From Candidatus Saccharimonadales bacterium (GTDB lineage: Bacteria; Patescibacteriota; Saccharimonadia; Saccharimonadales; UBA10212): 64,000 nt of DNA. Position 1 is the stretch's first letter. The number at the start of each line of letters is the position of its first letter. Location: assembly GCA_035758565.1 (NCBI GenBank), contig DASTXL010000001.1:331242-395241 (forward strand), in the 5' to 3' direction. Below, one piece after another: positions 1 through 9,331 of this stretch. The notes beneath the pieces are model-generated. The model was not told the origin of the DNA and searched no databases. It worked only from the letters and a program-made list of their open reading frames with translations. Position numbers and translations under genes: made by a program.

Positions 1-49
1 CGGGACCGGTGTCGACCGGAAACAGATTATTGTAAGATAGAGTCTGAAG

Positions 50-688
50 ATGGCTTTATTTCAAAAAAAACCAAACGTCACCAGTAACGCTCCGCTTTAC
101 ACTTTGGGGTCTAATAAAACTGTATTAATTATCGGCTTGGGCAATCCAGGGAACGAATACAAAAATACTCGCCATAACATTGGTTTTGTCGCGCTAGATT
201 ACTTTGCAGATAAAAACAACTTCCCGGCCTGGATCAGCAAGAAAGATTTAAAATGCGAGCTTAGCTCTACGAATTTGGGTGAAACCCGCGTGATTCTTTG
301 TAAACCGGCGACCTTTATGAATAACAGTGGCTGGTCCGCCCAGGCTGTGCAGCATTTTTATAGGATTTATAATCAAAGCACCCTGGTGATTTACGACGAG
401 CTGGCTATCCCATTTGGCAGCTTGCGCACAAGGGTTGGTGGTATCGACGCCGGCCACAATGGAGTAAAGTCGCTTATTCAGCATATTGGCGATGACTTTG
501 GCCGCTTGCGCCTTGGCGTAGCCAATGAATTTAGCGGCAAAGCCGATACTTCAGATTTTGTGTTGGGAAAATTTACTAAAGACGAGCAGGATCGGCTGCC
601 ACAGGTTCTACGCGAAGCCAACGCCATAATCACCGAGTTTATTTTTAATGGAAAACTACTGCCGGAGACTCGTAGCGTTCTAAGTTAG
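50..688 (+). CDS. pth: peptidyl-tRNA hydrolase
   Basis: 212-aa ORF with the N-terminal GLGNPGNEYKNTRHNIGF signature and GHNGVKS motif of the Pth family. Confidence 0.95.
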   Translation: MALFQKKPNVTSNAPLYTLGSNKTVLIIGLGNPGNEYKNTRHNIGFVALDYFADKNNFPAWISKKDLKCELSSTNLGETRVILCKPATFMNNSGWSAQAVQHFYRIYNQSTLVIYDELAIPFGSLRTRVGGIDAGHNGVKSLIQHIGDDFGRLRLGVANEFSGKADTSDFVLGKFTKDEQDRLPQVLREANAIITEFIFNGKLLPETRSVLS

Positions 689-1421
689 ACCTGACGAAGT
701 CGCCCCAAGCCCCAATAGCTTCATGATGAGCTTGCCTGCGACTTATCCCTCCACGATCGGGCCCCATAGCCATTTCAAGCTTTCCTGGTGTTTCCGGGAT
801 AGTGTCTACGATGGAGAGATCTTCTGAACCTTGCGGTCCAACCATTAAAACATTGCCAGGACCGAAAAGATCGGGATACATGCCTGTTACGCAGTGAAGT
901 TCTTTGATGCTTTCGACAATATCTCCAAGGTGCCGAAGTAGCTCTGAGGAAACAGGGTAGGAGAGCAGCTCTTCTGGAGATTGTAGGCTCTTTATAGGAT
1001 TAACCTCCGGCTGAACGGCAACAACAGCGTAGCCGCCAATTACTCTTGGCATCTTTTCGGCTGAGAAAGTAGTATCGACCCACCGATTACCTATAAATGA
1101 TTGAGCTATATCAGAGAGTTTCTGATACGATTTAGCTTCTTCTGCGGCCGTCTCTTTCGGCAGTCCGGTGGTGGATCGTAATATTTTCACGACTTCGCCG
1201 CTCTTGCGGAAAGCTATTTGTTCTCCACCAATTCCAAAGAATTCAGCACCAAGGTATCGCTCAACTTGACCCACAATTGGAGCGCTCATAGTTTTATAAA
1301 CCCCGACCAAAGCTAGACGCAGCATCGCGTTGCGATGTGGTCGTTCATCCAACATTTCTTGCGCAGTAGATTTATGAGCCTCTATGGCAAAACCGACAAA
1401 TTTATTCTTCACGCTACTCAT
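645..1421 (-). CDS. hypothetical protein, possibly a protein-kinase-like fold enzyme
   Basis: Track ORF 645..1643 trimmed to Met75 (MSSVKNKF...), because the upstream 74 codons are an R/G/K-rich read-through of perfect hairpin DNA. YPDLFGPGNVLMV...LSIVDT resembles a kinase catalytic-loop plus metal-binding Asp pattern. No SD seen. Convergent 44-nt overlap with the pth 3' end. Confidence 0.4.
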   Translation of the reverse strand: MSSVKNKFVGFAIEAHKSTAQEMLDERPHRNAMLRLALVGVYKTMSAPIVGQVERYLGAEFFGIGGEQIAFRKSGEVVKILRSTTGLPKETAAEEAKSYQKLSDIAQSFIGNRWVDTTFSAEKMPRVIGGYAVVAVQPEVNPIKSLQSPEELLSYPVSSELLRHLGDIVESIKELHCVTGMYPDLFGPGNVLMVGPQGSEDLSIVDTIPETPGKLEMAMGPDRGGISRRQAHHEAIGAWGDFVRSNLERYESPAVVFH

Positions 1422-1463
1422 AATTAAGATCTTGTATCTGATTCTATACTTAAAGAATCTACT

Positions 1464-1539
1464 CCGAAACTGGAAAGACTTCCGGAGGGGGTGGGCACCG
1501 CCGGAAGTCTTTCCAGGGGACGAGCACCTGGCTCGTCCC
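1464..1539 (-). terminator. tandem perfect hairpins (9-bp stem 1517..1539; 16-bp stem 1470..1516) followed by TTT on the minus strand
   Basis: GGGACGAGC-5nt-GCTCGTCCC directly abutting CTGGAAAGACTTCCGG-15nt-CCGGAAGTCTTTCCAG, then TTTCGG. Confidence 0.5.
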
Positions 1540-1964
1540 TTAAATACACCCTTCAACCCACCATGAAGCGAAGCTGTCCGGAGGCTCCTCGGAGCAAAAA
1601 CCGCGCCGGTCTTACGACCATCTTTTACGACTCGCCGACCCACATTGAATTGGGGTCCCCATTAAATTGCAAAGCAATTTCATGGGGTGAAAGTTAAAGG
1701 GGTTAGTTTGTTTAAGAGTTCCCAGCACCTAGAATGCAGATAATGGCGCGGCCATTATGTAGCTCAAACTTTATGGACAGTTAAACCGAAACCATATAAA
1801 GTTTTATCTAAGTTGAAGACTTGTCTTCGCTGCATTCTAAGTGCTGGGCTAGAAAGGTAAGTGGAGGGTACAACTTTGCCTCATCTAGATGCTCTTAAAC
1901 AATCTAACAAGATGTTAGAAATGGGGGTATAAGGTGCGTAAGTTCAGACAAACTGTACTTACGA
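1464..1964 (-). ncRNA. candidate ~500-nt structured RNA, unclassified (free-standing ncRNA or very long 5' leader of the 645..1421 gene)
   Basis: Bounded by a near-consensus promoter and tandem terminator-like hairpins. Contains a 19-bp helix (1721..1739/1830..1848) closing a three-hairpin junction, an 8-bp helix (1711..1718/1892..1899) and several more hairpins. No credible ORF. A G-U pair and a GNRA loop appear only in the minus-strand reading. Confidence 0.45.
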
Positions 1965-1970
1965 GTTGCA

Positions 1971-1999
1971 ATTTTAGCAAAATAGTTACGTTGTGTCAA
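1971..1999 (-). promoter_or_regulatory. sigma70-like promoter TTGACA-17 nt-TAAAAT
   Basis: Minus strand: TTGACA (1999..1994), 17-nt spacer, TAAAAT (1976..1971). Predicted start near 1964. Confidence 0.5.
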
Positions 2000-2018
2000 T
2001 ACTACTTAATGATTAACT

Positions 2019-2882
2019 ATGAAAGTCAATAGTCTTAAGCGGGATGACCCCAGTTTTCCGGCTATTCTAAAGCAGATTCATAGCGTTCCAGAACAGCTAT
2101 TCTGGTTAGGCTCGACCCCTGAAGAATGGCTACAGTTGCCGAGGGTTGCTGTTGTTGGTAGCCGCAAGGTAAGTGCTTACGGCCGAGAAGTTACCAGCCA
2201 ACTGGCAAAAGAGCTTGCCAAGCATGGCGTTGTAGTTATTAGTGGACTCGCGCTAGGTGTCGATTCGATTGCTCACCAGGCAGCCTTAGAAGTCGGAGGT
2301 CAAACAATAGCAATTTTGCCAGCCGGACTGGATAAGATTTACCCCGCTAGTCACGCTGGCTTGGCCCGGAGCATTATCGCCCATGGCGGAGCGTTAGTAA
2401 GTGAATACCCCCTTGGCGCAACACCCCATAAGCAAAACTTTATTGCTCGCAACCGAATAGTTAGCGGTCTTGTCGACGTATTAGTCATTACCGAAGCCGC
2501 AGCCGCCAGCGGCAGCCTGCACACCGCTCGCTTTGCCCTGGAGCAAGGGAAAACGGTGATGGCCGTACCGGGCAATATCACTAGTCCATTAAGCGAGGGA
2601 GCTAATAACTTAATCAAGAGCGGTGCAGTGCCGGTTACTGGCGTCGAAGATGTGTTATTTGCCCTAGGGTTGGAAATCGGGCAACAAAAAATTCCAAGAC
2701 TATTTAGCGGCAACGATCAAGAAAGAGCGGTATTTGAATTAATCACTAGCGGCATTACCGCTCAAGAAGATTTAGCCATTGAATTATCTCTGGACGGTGC
2801 AAGTTTGGCCACTATCTTAACAATGCTGGAAATTAACGGCCATATTCGTCCAGCTGGCGCCGGTTATTGGCTTGTTGCGTAA
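2019..2882 (+). CDS. dprA: DNA processing protein DprA
   Basis: 287 aa. VAVVGSRKVSAYG...ISGLALGVDSIAHQAAL Rossmann-like DprA core and C-terminal winged-helix-like tail. Confidence 0.9.
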   Translation: MKVNSLKRDDPSFPAILKQIHSVPEQLFWLGSTPEEWLQLPRVAVVGSRKVSAYGREVTSQLAKELAKHGVVVISGLALGVDSIAHQAALEVGGQTIAILPAGLDKIYPASHAGLARSIIAHGGALVSEYPLGATPHKQNFIARNRIVSGLVDVLVITEAAAASGSLHTARFALEQGKTVMAVPGNITSPLSEGANNLIKSGAVPVTGVEDVLFALGLEIGQQKIPRLFSGNDQERAVFELITSGITAQEDLAIELSLDGASLATILTMLEINGHIRPAGAGYWLVA

Positions 2883-2984
2883 AAAACGGCTTGTAAAAAG
2901 CGCATCTGGGGTTTAGCATTAGCGACTGAGCCTTTTATTTGCATATATATAAGAAGCTCCCTAAACTCTTAATACGTAGAACCT

Positions 2985-5270
2985 ATGCCTAAGAACCTAG
3001 TAATAGTAGAAAGTCCAGCTAAAGCCAAAACCATCGCCCGTTTTTTGGGCAGCGATTACGAAATAAAAAGCAGCTTTGGCCACATCCGCGACCTCCCTAA
3101 AAAGGGAATCGGTGTTGATATTGATAAAAATTTTGAGCCTACTTATGAGGTTAGTCCAGATAAAAAGAAAGTTGTTAGCGAATTAAAAAAAGCGGCTCAC
3201 GGCGCAACTGTTTGGCTGGCCAGCGATGAAGACCGCGAAGGTGAAGCCATTGCTTGGCATATTGCCGAACTTCTAGGCTTAGACCCCGCAAAAACCAAAC
3301 GAATTGTTTTTCACGAGATCACCAAGCCAGCGATTACGGCAGCTATTGAAAAGCCGCGCACTATCGACATGAAGTTGGTTGACGCCCAGCAGGCCAGGCG
3401 AGTATTGGACCGCCTGGTGGGCTACGAGCTCAGCCCAGTTTTATGGAAAAAGGTCCGAACTGGCTTATCCGCCGGCCGAGTACAAAGTGTAGCTGTGCGC
3501 CTAATCGTGGAACGGGAACGTGAGATTCGTGATTTTAAGCCGGAAAGCAGCTACAAAATTTCGGCAACTTTTAACGTCGACGGCCAAGAATTACCAGCCG
3601 AGCTGCCTGATAAATTAGATGGTTACGACACAGCCAAAAAATTCTTAGAAGATTTGCTGGGTGCCAAGTTTAGCGTTGAGCGTATTGAACAGAAACCGGG
3701 GCTACGCAATCCCGGCGCGCCATTTACTACCAGTACCTTACAGCAAGAAGCTGCCCGCAGGCTGGGTTATAGCGTGCGCCAGACTATGAGCCTGGCCCAG
3801 CGTTTGTACGAGGCTGGCCACATCACCTATATGCGCACCGATAGCACTATTTTGTCAGGCTTGGCCATAAACGCAGCCAAAGAGTACATCACCCGCGAAT
3901 ACGGTGAAAAGTATTCTAAAGTAAGACAATTCAAGACCAAGAATCAGTCCGCTCAAGAAGCCCACGAGGCTATTCGCCCAACAGATTTGACCAAACCGAG
4001 CCGCGGAGCCGACGCCCAGCAAAAGAAATTGTATGAACTTATTTGGCGGCGCACATTATCAAGCCAGATGGCAGCCGCCAACGTCCAAAAGACTGAGATT
4101 ACCATCAATATAAGCACTCGCAAAGAGAAACTTTTAGCCACTGGCGAGATTGTAAGTTTTGAAGGATTTTTGAAGGTTTATGGCGGCGGCAAAGAAGATA
4201 AACTACTGCCAGCCGTAACAGAGGGCCAAAGTTTGGCACTTAAAAGCGCCAGTGGTGTCGAGACTTTCAGCCGCCCGGCCGCCCGCTATTCCGAGGCCAG
4301 CCTCGTTAAAAAGCTAGAAGCGCTCGGTATTGGCCGCCCAAGCACCTATGCCCCCACAATCAGTGCCATTCAAGACCGTGGCTACATAGAAAAGGCTGAT
4401 TTAGAGGGCGAGGATAGGACTATTCAGGAAATTACGCTAAATAGCGGCAAGATTGAAGAAAAAACCGAGACAGTGAAAGTTGGCGCCGACCGCAGCAAGC
4501 TATTGCCAACCCACTTAGCCGAAGTAGTGACCGACTTTTTAATGAAGTATTTTGGCAATATTGTTGATTATGATTTTACCGCCCGCGCCGAAGAAGAATT
4601 CGATACTATTGCTGAGGGCAAGCGCCAATGGCAAGAAGCTTTAAAAGATTTTTACACTCAATTCCATCCATTGGTTGAAAAATCGGAAGGGGCTAGTCGG
4701 GCCGAAGCCAGCCAGGCCCGCAAACTTGGAACAGATCCAAAAACCAAACTGCCGGTGGTAGTTCGTTTTGGCCGCTACGGCCCGGTGCTCCAGCTTGGCG
4801 ACAGCGAAGACGAAGACCAAAAGCTCCGTTTCGCACCATTGCCTAACGGGGTGCGTATGGAAGACATCACCCTAGAACAAGCATTGCCAATGTTTCAATT
4901 GCCACGCGAAGTTGGCAAAACAGAGCAAGGAGAAGTGATTATTACTGATATTGGCCGCTTTGGACCATATCTAAAAGTTGGAAGTAAGTTCACGAGCATC
5001 AAGGGTCACGATCCTTTTTCGGTAACAGAAAAAGAAGCCCGCCAGATCTTATCCGAACAAGAAAAGAAGGCCAGAGAACGAACCATCGCTGACTTTGGTG
5101 TCATAAAGATATTGCGCGGCCCATACGGCCCATACGTAAGTGACGGCAAAAAGAATGCCCGCATACCAAAAGATACTGACGCCGAAAAGCTTAGCGAAGC
5201 CGAAGCCAAAAATTTACTGGATAAAGCGCCCGATAAACCTAGGTTTCGTCGCCGTAGCAAAAAAGCATAA
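2985..5270 (+). CDS. topA: DNA topoisomerase I
   Basis: 761 aa. N-terminal Toprim (LVIVESPAKAKTI), ITYMRTDS active-site Tyr region, C-terminal GRFGPY/RGPYGPY repeats and a basic tail. No Cys4 zinc fingers. Confidence 0.95.
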   Translation: MPKNLVIVESPAKAKTIARFLGSDYEIKSSFGHIRDLPKKGIGVDIDKNFEPTYEVSPDKKKVVSELKKAAHGATVWLASDEDREGEAIAWHIAELLGLDPAKTKRIVFHEITKPAITAAIEKPRTIDMKLVDAQQARRVLDRLVGYELSPVLWKKVRTGLSAGRVQSVAVRLIVEREREIRDFKPESSYKISATFNVDGQELPAELPDKLDGYDTAKKFLEDLLGAKFSVERIEQKPGLRNPGAPFTTSTLQQEAARRLGYSVRQTMSLAQRLYEAGHITYMRTDSTILSGLAINAAKEYITREYGEKYSKVRQFKTKNQSAQEAHEAIRPTDLTKPSRGADAQQKKLYELIWRRTLSSQMAAANVQKTEITINISTRKEKLLATGEIVSFEGFLKVYGGGKEDKLLPAVTEGQSLALKSASGVETFSRPAARYSEASLVKKLEALGIGRPSTYAPTISAIQDRGYIEKADLEGEDRTIQEITLNSGKIEEKTETVKVGADRSKLLPTHLAEVVTDFLMKYFGNIVDYDFTARAEEEFDTIAEGKRQWQEALKDFYTQFHPLVEKSEGASRAEASQARKLGTDPKTKLPVVVRFGRYGPVLQLGDSEDEDQKLRFAPLPNGVRMEDITLEQALPMFQLPREVGKTEQGEVIITDIGRFGPYLKVGSKFTSIKGHDPFSVTEKEARQILSEQEKKARERTIADFGVIKILRGPYGPYVSDGKKNARIPKDTDAEKLSEAEAKNLLDKAPDKPRFRRRSKKA

Positions 5271-5336
5271 GAAAACTAGGACTTTTTTAGGCAAAAAGGT
5301 CTAATTTGTGATACAATAAACATATCAATAAAGTGT

Positions 5337-5365
5337 TTGACTTTTGAAAATTAAGGTTTTATAAT
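5337..5365 (+). promoter_or_regulatory. sigma70-like promoter TTGACT-17 nt-TATAAT
   Basis: TTGACT 5337..5342, 17-nt spacer, TATAAT 5360..5365. AAGGAG SD further downstream, before the ATG at 5409. Confidence 0.5.
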
Positions 5366-5408
5366 TAAGAAAACTTCGAGTTCGCTAAGGAGTTATTTTA
5401 AAATTTTT

Positions 5409-6440
5409 ATGGAAGAAAATTCAACGCAATTTAATCTGGAATCAACGGTCCAAGACATCCTTGGCACTATTGAGCGTGAGCGGGAAAGAGAGATCATTGC
5501 CCGCCGCTTTGGCTTGTTTGACCGCCGTGAAACTCTGGAACAGATTGGCGAGCTCCTAGGTATTACTCGCGAGCGCGTCCGCCAACTGGAGAAGGCGGTG
5601 ATTACCAAGTTGAAGGCTTCAGCGCAAAACGATCTACCACACATCAAAGAAGTTGAAACCCTTCTTAGCGACCACTTGGGCCAAATGGGTAAAGTTGCCC
5701 GAATTAGCGACATCACTGCTAAGCTGACACCAGAAGCCAACAAAATAGATCAGGCCCGCGTGGCCTTCTTAGCTAGCCTAGCCCCAGGCATTGCGGTCAT
5801 AGAGGACAACGACCACTTCTTCCACTCTATTGGGCTGGCCGCGGAGCACACCGAAAAGGCTATCCGTGATCAGGTTAACAAAATCATCGAAGCCATCAAT
5901 GGCATTGGCGAACCGACCGAAATTGAAAAGGTTGCCGACAAAGTAGGGAGCAGCGATCCGAGACACGTTGAGGCTCTAGCCAGTGTATCCAAGAACATCG
6001 CCAGCCTACACGGCCGCTGGGGCCTAACTAAATGGCCAATGGTAAATCCAAAGAATATCCGCGATAAGATTTACGTTATCTTGCACGATAACAAGAAGCC
6101 TATGCACTTTAGCGAGATTGCCAAGGCTATTCAATCTAGCGACTTAAAGCGCAAAGATGTGACGACCCAAGCTATTCACAACGAACTAATTAAAGATGGT
6201 CGTTTCGTCTTGATCGGCCGCGGAATTTACGCCCTCAAGGAATGGGGCTACAAAAAGGGCACCGTATCCGACGTAATTGCCGAAATCTTGAGAAAAGAAG
6301 GCGGCCCATTACACCGCGACGAAATTGTTAAGCGCGTACTAAAAAGTCGTCACGTTAAAGAAACAACTATTCTTTTGAACTTGCAGGGCAAACCCCAGTT
6401 TAAGCGGGTAGCTAAAGCCACCTACACGCTGGCCGACTAG
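5409..6440 (+). CDS. sigma-70 region-4-like HTH protein with C-terminal HARE-HTH-like domains
   Basis: ARRFGL...ETLEQIGELLGITRERVRQLEKAVITKLK matches sigma70 region 4. Two C-terminal winged-helix-like modules (MHFSEIAKAI...GRGIYALKEWGY; PLHRDEIVKRVL...KATYTL). No sigma region 2. Confidence 0.55.
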   Translation: MEENSTQFNLESTVQDILGTIEREREREIIARRFGLFDRRETLEQIGELLGITRERVRQLEKAVITKLKASAQNDLPHIKEVETLLSDHLGQMGKVARISDITAKLTPEANKIDQARVAFLASLAPGIAVIEDNDHFFHSIGLAAEHTEKAIRDQVNKIIEAINGIGEPTEIEKVADKVGSSDPRHVEALASVSKNIASLHGRWGLTKWPMVNPKNIRDKIYVILHDNKKPMHFSEIAKAIQSSDLKRKDVTTQAIHNELIKDGRFVLIGRGIYALKEWGYKKGTVSDVIAEILRKEGGPLHRDEIVKRVLKSRHVKETTILLNLQGKPQFKRVAKATYTLAD

Positions 6441-6474
6441 TTGGCGCCACGCTCCACTTTTAGCTAGGCTAAAA

Positions 6475-9132
6475 GTGTATAATAAAACAGTAGTCATGAT
6501 ATTAGGTGGAAGAAACAAAATAGCTCAGTCCCACCAGCATTGCTTATTGATGCTGGAGGTGCCGCGAACTAACGACAAAAAGGAGTTGGCCGCCGAGCAA
6601 ATGCTAGCGGCGCTGCACGGAATTTTGCGCTCCAAAAAGGAGCTTAGGCTGTCTGGCACGCTTCAGGAACACATTAGTCTGGAAGTTGCCGCCATTGGCC
6701 AGCGAATTCGTTTTTATATTTGGACTCCTAAGCACTTGCAAGCCTTCGTAGAGGGTCAGATTTATGCCCAGTATCCAACTGTGCAGATCTTTGAGCAGCA
6801 AGAAGATTATGCCGAACGCCGGCTTCACCAAACGGTCATCCACACTAGCGAGCTAAGCTTAGTTGATGCCGAAACTATACCTATCAAGACCTTCCCAAGC
6901 TTTGAAGTTGACCCGTTAGCCGCTATCACCGCCACTTTGGCCAAGCTTGATCGTGAAGATGAAGAAATGTGGATTCAAATCATGGCCCGGCCCATCCACG
7001 ATGATTGGCACCGCAAAGGAGCAAAAGACGTTGCCCGCATCAAGCGCGGCAGCGGTATCTTAGGCGGAGCAGGGGGCTCTATGCTCGGCTATGCCGGTGA
7101 AGCGCTAGCCGCTTTAGTTCGCCCACCAACTGGTAGCGGAGAGAGTAAGGCGCCTGAAATTTCTGAACGCGACAAAGGTCGCATCACCGCCATAGAAGAG
7201 AAGAGTAAAAAGCTAGGCTACGAAGTTAAAATTCGCTTGCTCTATGCGGGCCACGACCAACACACCGCCAAACTCCGCATGCAGGCTCTGGTGGGTGCTT
7301 TTAAGCAGTTTAATAGCACTAATCTCAACGGTTTTGCCGCTAAAAACCCCAGTTTCAGCCGTGATAAGCAACTCGAATACCAAACCAGGTTTTTTATTAC
7401 CAAGGGCTTTATATTAAACATAGAAGAGCTGGCCAGCCTATTCCACCTGCCGCACACCTCGGTAGAAACTCCTAACATAGTTTGGGCAACCACTAAAACG
7501 GCTGAACCACCCAGTAATGTACCCATTGCCCAGCCGGGCATGGAAGACGAGATCAGTCTATTTGGCGTGACCAACTTCCGCGGTGATAATACTATTTTTG
7601 GCATCTTAAGGGCCGATCGCGGGCGGCACGTTTACATTCTGGGCCAGACAGGTACCGGTAAGTCCGGCGGCTTGGAGCTTTTAACTTTGTCTGACATTTA
7701 TTACGATCAAGGATTCGCTGTTATTGACCCGCACGGTGACTACGCCCAACATATTTTGCGCTTTATACCAGAACGCCGGCTCGACGACGTAATTTACTTT
7801 AATCCGGCCGACACCGAGTTCCCGATTGGCTTCAATCCATTAGAAATCAGCGATCCATCGCTCAAAGGCCATATAAGCTCAGAATTGGTTGGCGTCCTAA
7901 AAAGACTGTTTGCCGATAGCTGGGGGCCGCGCCTGGAATATATCTTGCGTTATACTTTGCTAGCTCTGCTTGATTATCCGAACTCAACCATGCTCGACAT
8001 TACAAGAATGCTGACCGACAAGAAATTCAGAAAAGACGTGATTAGTTACATCGATGACCCAGTAGTTAAGAACTTCTGGGTAACCGAATTCGCCAGTTGG
8101 AATGATAAGTTCGCCGCCGAAGCCGTAGCCCCGGTCCTCAACAAGGTCGGCGCCTTTACGGCGAACCCAATGATCAGGAATATTATTGGCCAGCCAAAGA
8201 GCACCTTTAACATCCGAAAGATCATGGACGAGGGCAAGATTTTGGTAGTTAATCTTAGTCGCGGTTTGATGGGCGAAGATAACGCCGGTATTTTGGGTGC
8301 CATGATGGTCACCAAAATTCAGTTAGCCGCCATGGGTAGAGCTGACATGCACGAGCACGAACGCCGGCCATTTTACCTATATGTTGACGAGTTTCAGAAC
8401 TTTGCCACCGATTCATTTGCGGTTATCCTGTCCGAAGCCCGAAAGTACGGCCTAAACCTAACTGTAGCCAACCAGTACATTTCTCAGATGAGCGAGGCTG
8501 TACGCGATGCTGTATTTGGCAATGTGGGCACGATTGTGTCTTTTAGAATCAGTCCAGATGATGCACCGTTCTTGCAGAAGTATTTTGAGCCGCAGTTTGA
8601 AGCTGCTGATCTCATACAACAGCATTCCCGGTTCTTCGTGACGACTATGATGATAAACGGCGAAAAGGCGCCCGCGTTTTCGGCTAAGACCCTAAACTTG
8701 CCCCAGCCGCCAGAAGACGTAACTAAGCAAATTATCGAGCTGTCCAGGCAAAGATATTCTGGACGCCGCCAAGAAGTCGAGGAGGCTGTACGTGAGCGCG
8801 CCGGGCTTAATACAGCTCCGCTGTTGCCAGAAGTTCCCGCAGCCGGCGATAATCTAAGACCTAAAGCCCGGGCTCGCGTGATCGAGGCGTCTAAAGCCAG
8901 CCCCACACATCTGATAGGCAAAGCTGTTACTAATCTATTGGCAACTGGTGATGGTGGCTCAAAGCAAAACCAAGCCGAACAAGCGGGATCTACTACTACC
9001 GCTGAGGTCGCAAAAACATCTAAAAGGCGCAGAGGGCGCCGCGGCAAAGGCTCTAAAGCAAAAACCGCTGCGACCGCGCCCAAAGAGGCAACTCCCGCAG
9101 AAGTTACCGAAGAGACAGTTAAGCTCCGCTAG
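6475..9132 (+). CDS. FtsK/HerA-superfamily ATPase resembling TraG/TraD/VirD4 coupling proteins, with an unknown ~330-aa N-terminal domain and a K/R/A-rich tail
   Basis: Walker A ILGQTGTGKSG, Walker B FYLYVDEFQNF, SEARKYGLNLTVANQYISQ (TraG-D C-like). The start is uncertain: the track uses GTG at 6475, with ATG candidates at 6496 and 6550. Confidence 0.6.
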   Translation: MYNKTVVMILGGRNKIAQSHQHCLLMLEVPRTNDKKELAAEQMLAALHGILRSKKELRLSGTLQEHISLEVAAIGQRIRFYIWTPKHLQAFVEGQIYAQYPTVQIFEQQEDYAERRLHQTVIHTSELSLVDAETIPIKTFPSFEVDPLAAITATLAKLDREDEEMWIQIMARPIHDDWHRKGAKDVARIKRGSGILGGAGGSMLGYAGEALAALVRPPTGSGESKAPEISERDKGRITAIEEKSKKLGYEVKIRLLYAGHDQHTAKLRMQALVGAFKQFNSTNLNGFAAKNPSFSRDKQLEYQTRFFITKGFILNIEELASLFHLPHTSVETPNIVWATTKTAEPPSNVPIAQPGMEDEISLFGVTNFRGDNTIFGILRADRGRHVYILGQTGTGKSGGLELLTLSDIYYDQGFAVIDPHGDYAQHILRFIPERRLDDVIYFNPADTEFPIGFNPLEISDPSLKGHISSELVGVLKRLFADSWGPRLEYILRYTLLALLDYPNSTMLDITRMLTDKKFRKDVISYIDDPVVKNFWVTEFASWNDKFAAEAVAPVLNKVGAFTANPMIRNIIGQPKSTFNIRKIMDEGKILVVNLSRGLMGEDNAGILGAMMVTKIQLAAMGRADMHEHERRPFYLYVDEFQNFATDSFAVILSEARKYGLNLTVANQYISQMSEAVRDAVFGNVGTIVSFRISPDDAPFLQKYFEPQFEAADLIQQHSRFFVTTMMINGEKAPAFSAKTLNLPQPPEDVTKQIIELSRQRYSGRRQEVEEAVRERAGLNTAPLLPEVPAAGDNLRPKARARVIEASKASPTHLIGKAVTNLLATGDGGSKQNQAEQAGSTTTAEVAKTSKRRRGRRGKGSKAKTAATAPKEATPAEVTEETVKLR

Positions 9133-9331
9133 CTTATAAATACTAATCAAGTCAAAACAGAACATTTTGCGAACATACTAGATTGCACATATGGCAATCT
9201 AGTAAACAAGGCGCTGGGTCTGTGTCGACGTAGGGCAGCGAAAAACCATAAGCAATAAATAAATTTAAAAAGATTTCGAAAAATAGAGCGGCCGGAAGCA
9301 GTAGAGTAGCATAAAGTCAGAGATAAACAGA

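Noticed and set aside
1422-1643. The N-terminal 74 codons of track ORF 645..1643
   Set aside because: The peptide is R/G/K/S-rich and of low plausibility. It is encoded exactly across two perfect hairpins (1470..1539). The downstream Met75 begins the normal-looking protein, so this part is treated as non-coding.
1440-2018. Whether the structured region is RNase P RNA, tmRNA, SRP RNA, 6S RNA or a T-box leader
   Set aside because: By eye, neither strand has the following:
- RNase P: no GGAAAGUCC or ACAGAA..GGCUUA signature.
- tmRNA: no tRNA-like acceptor/T-arm 3' end and no tag ORF ending in hydrophobic-Ala-Ala.
- SRP RNA: no GGAA-loop domain IV motif.

The GGGTGGGCACCGCC in the 16-bp hairpin loop only loosely resembles a T-box (GGGUGGUACCGCG). 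It is on the wrong strand and there is no downstream aaRS gene. This is not a definitive exclusion, and a covariance-model scan is required.
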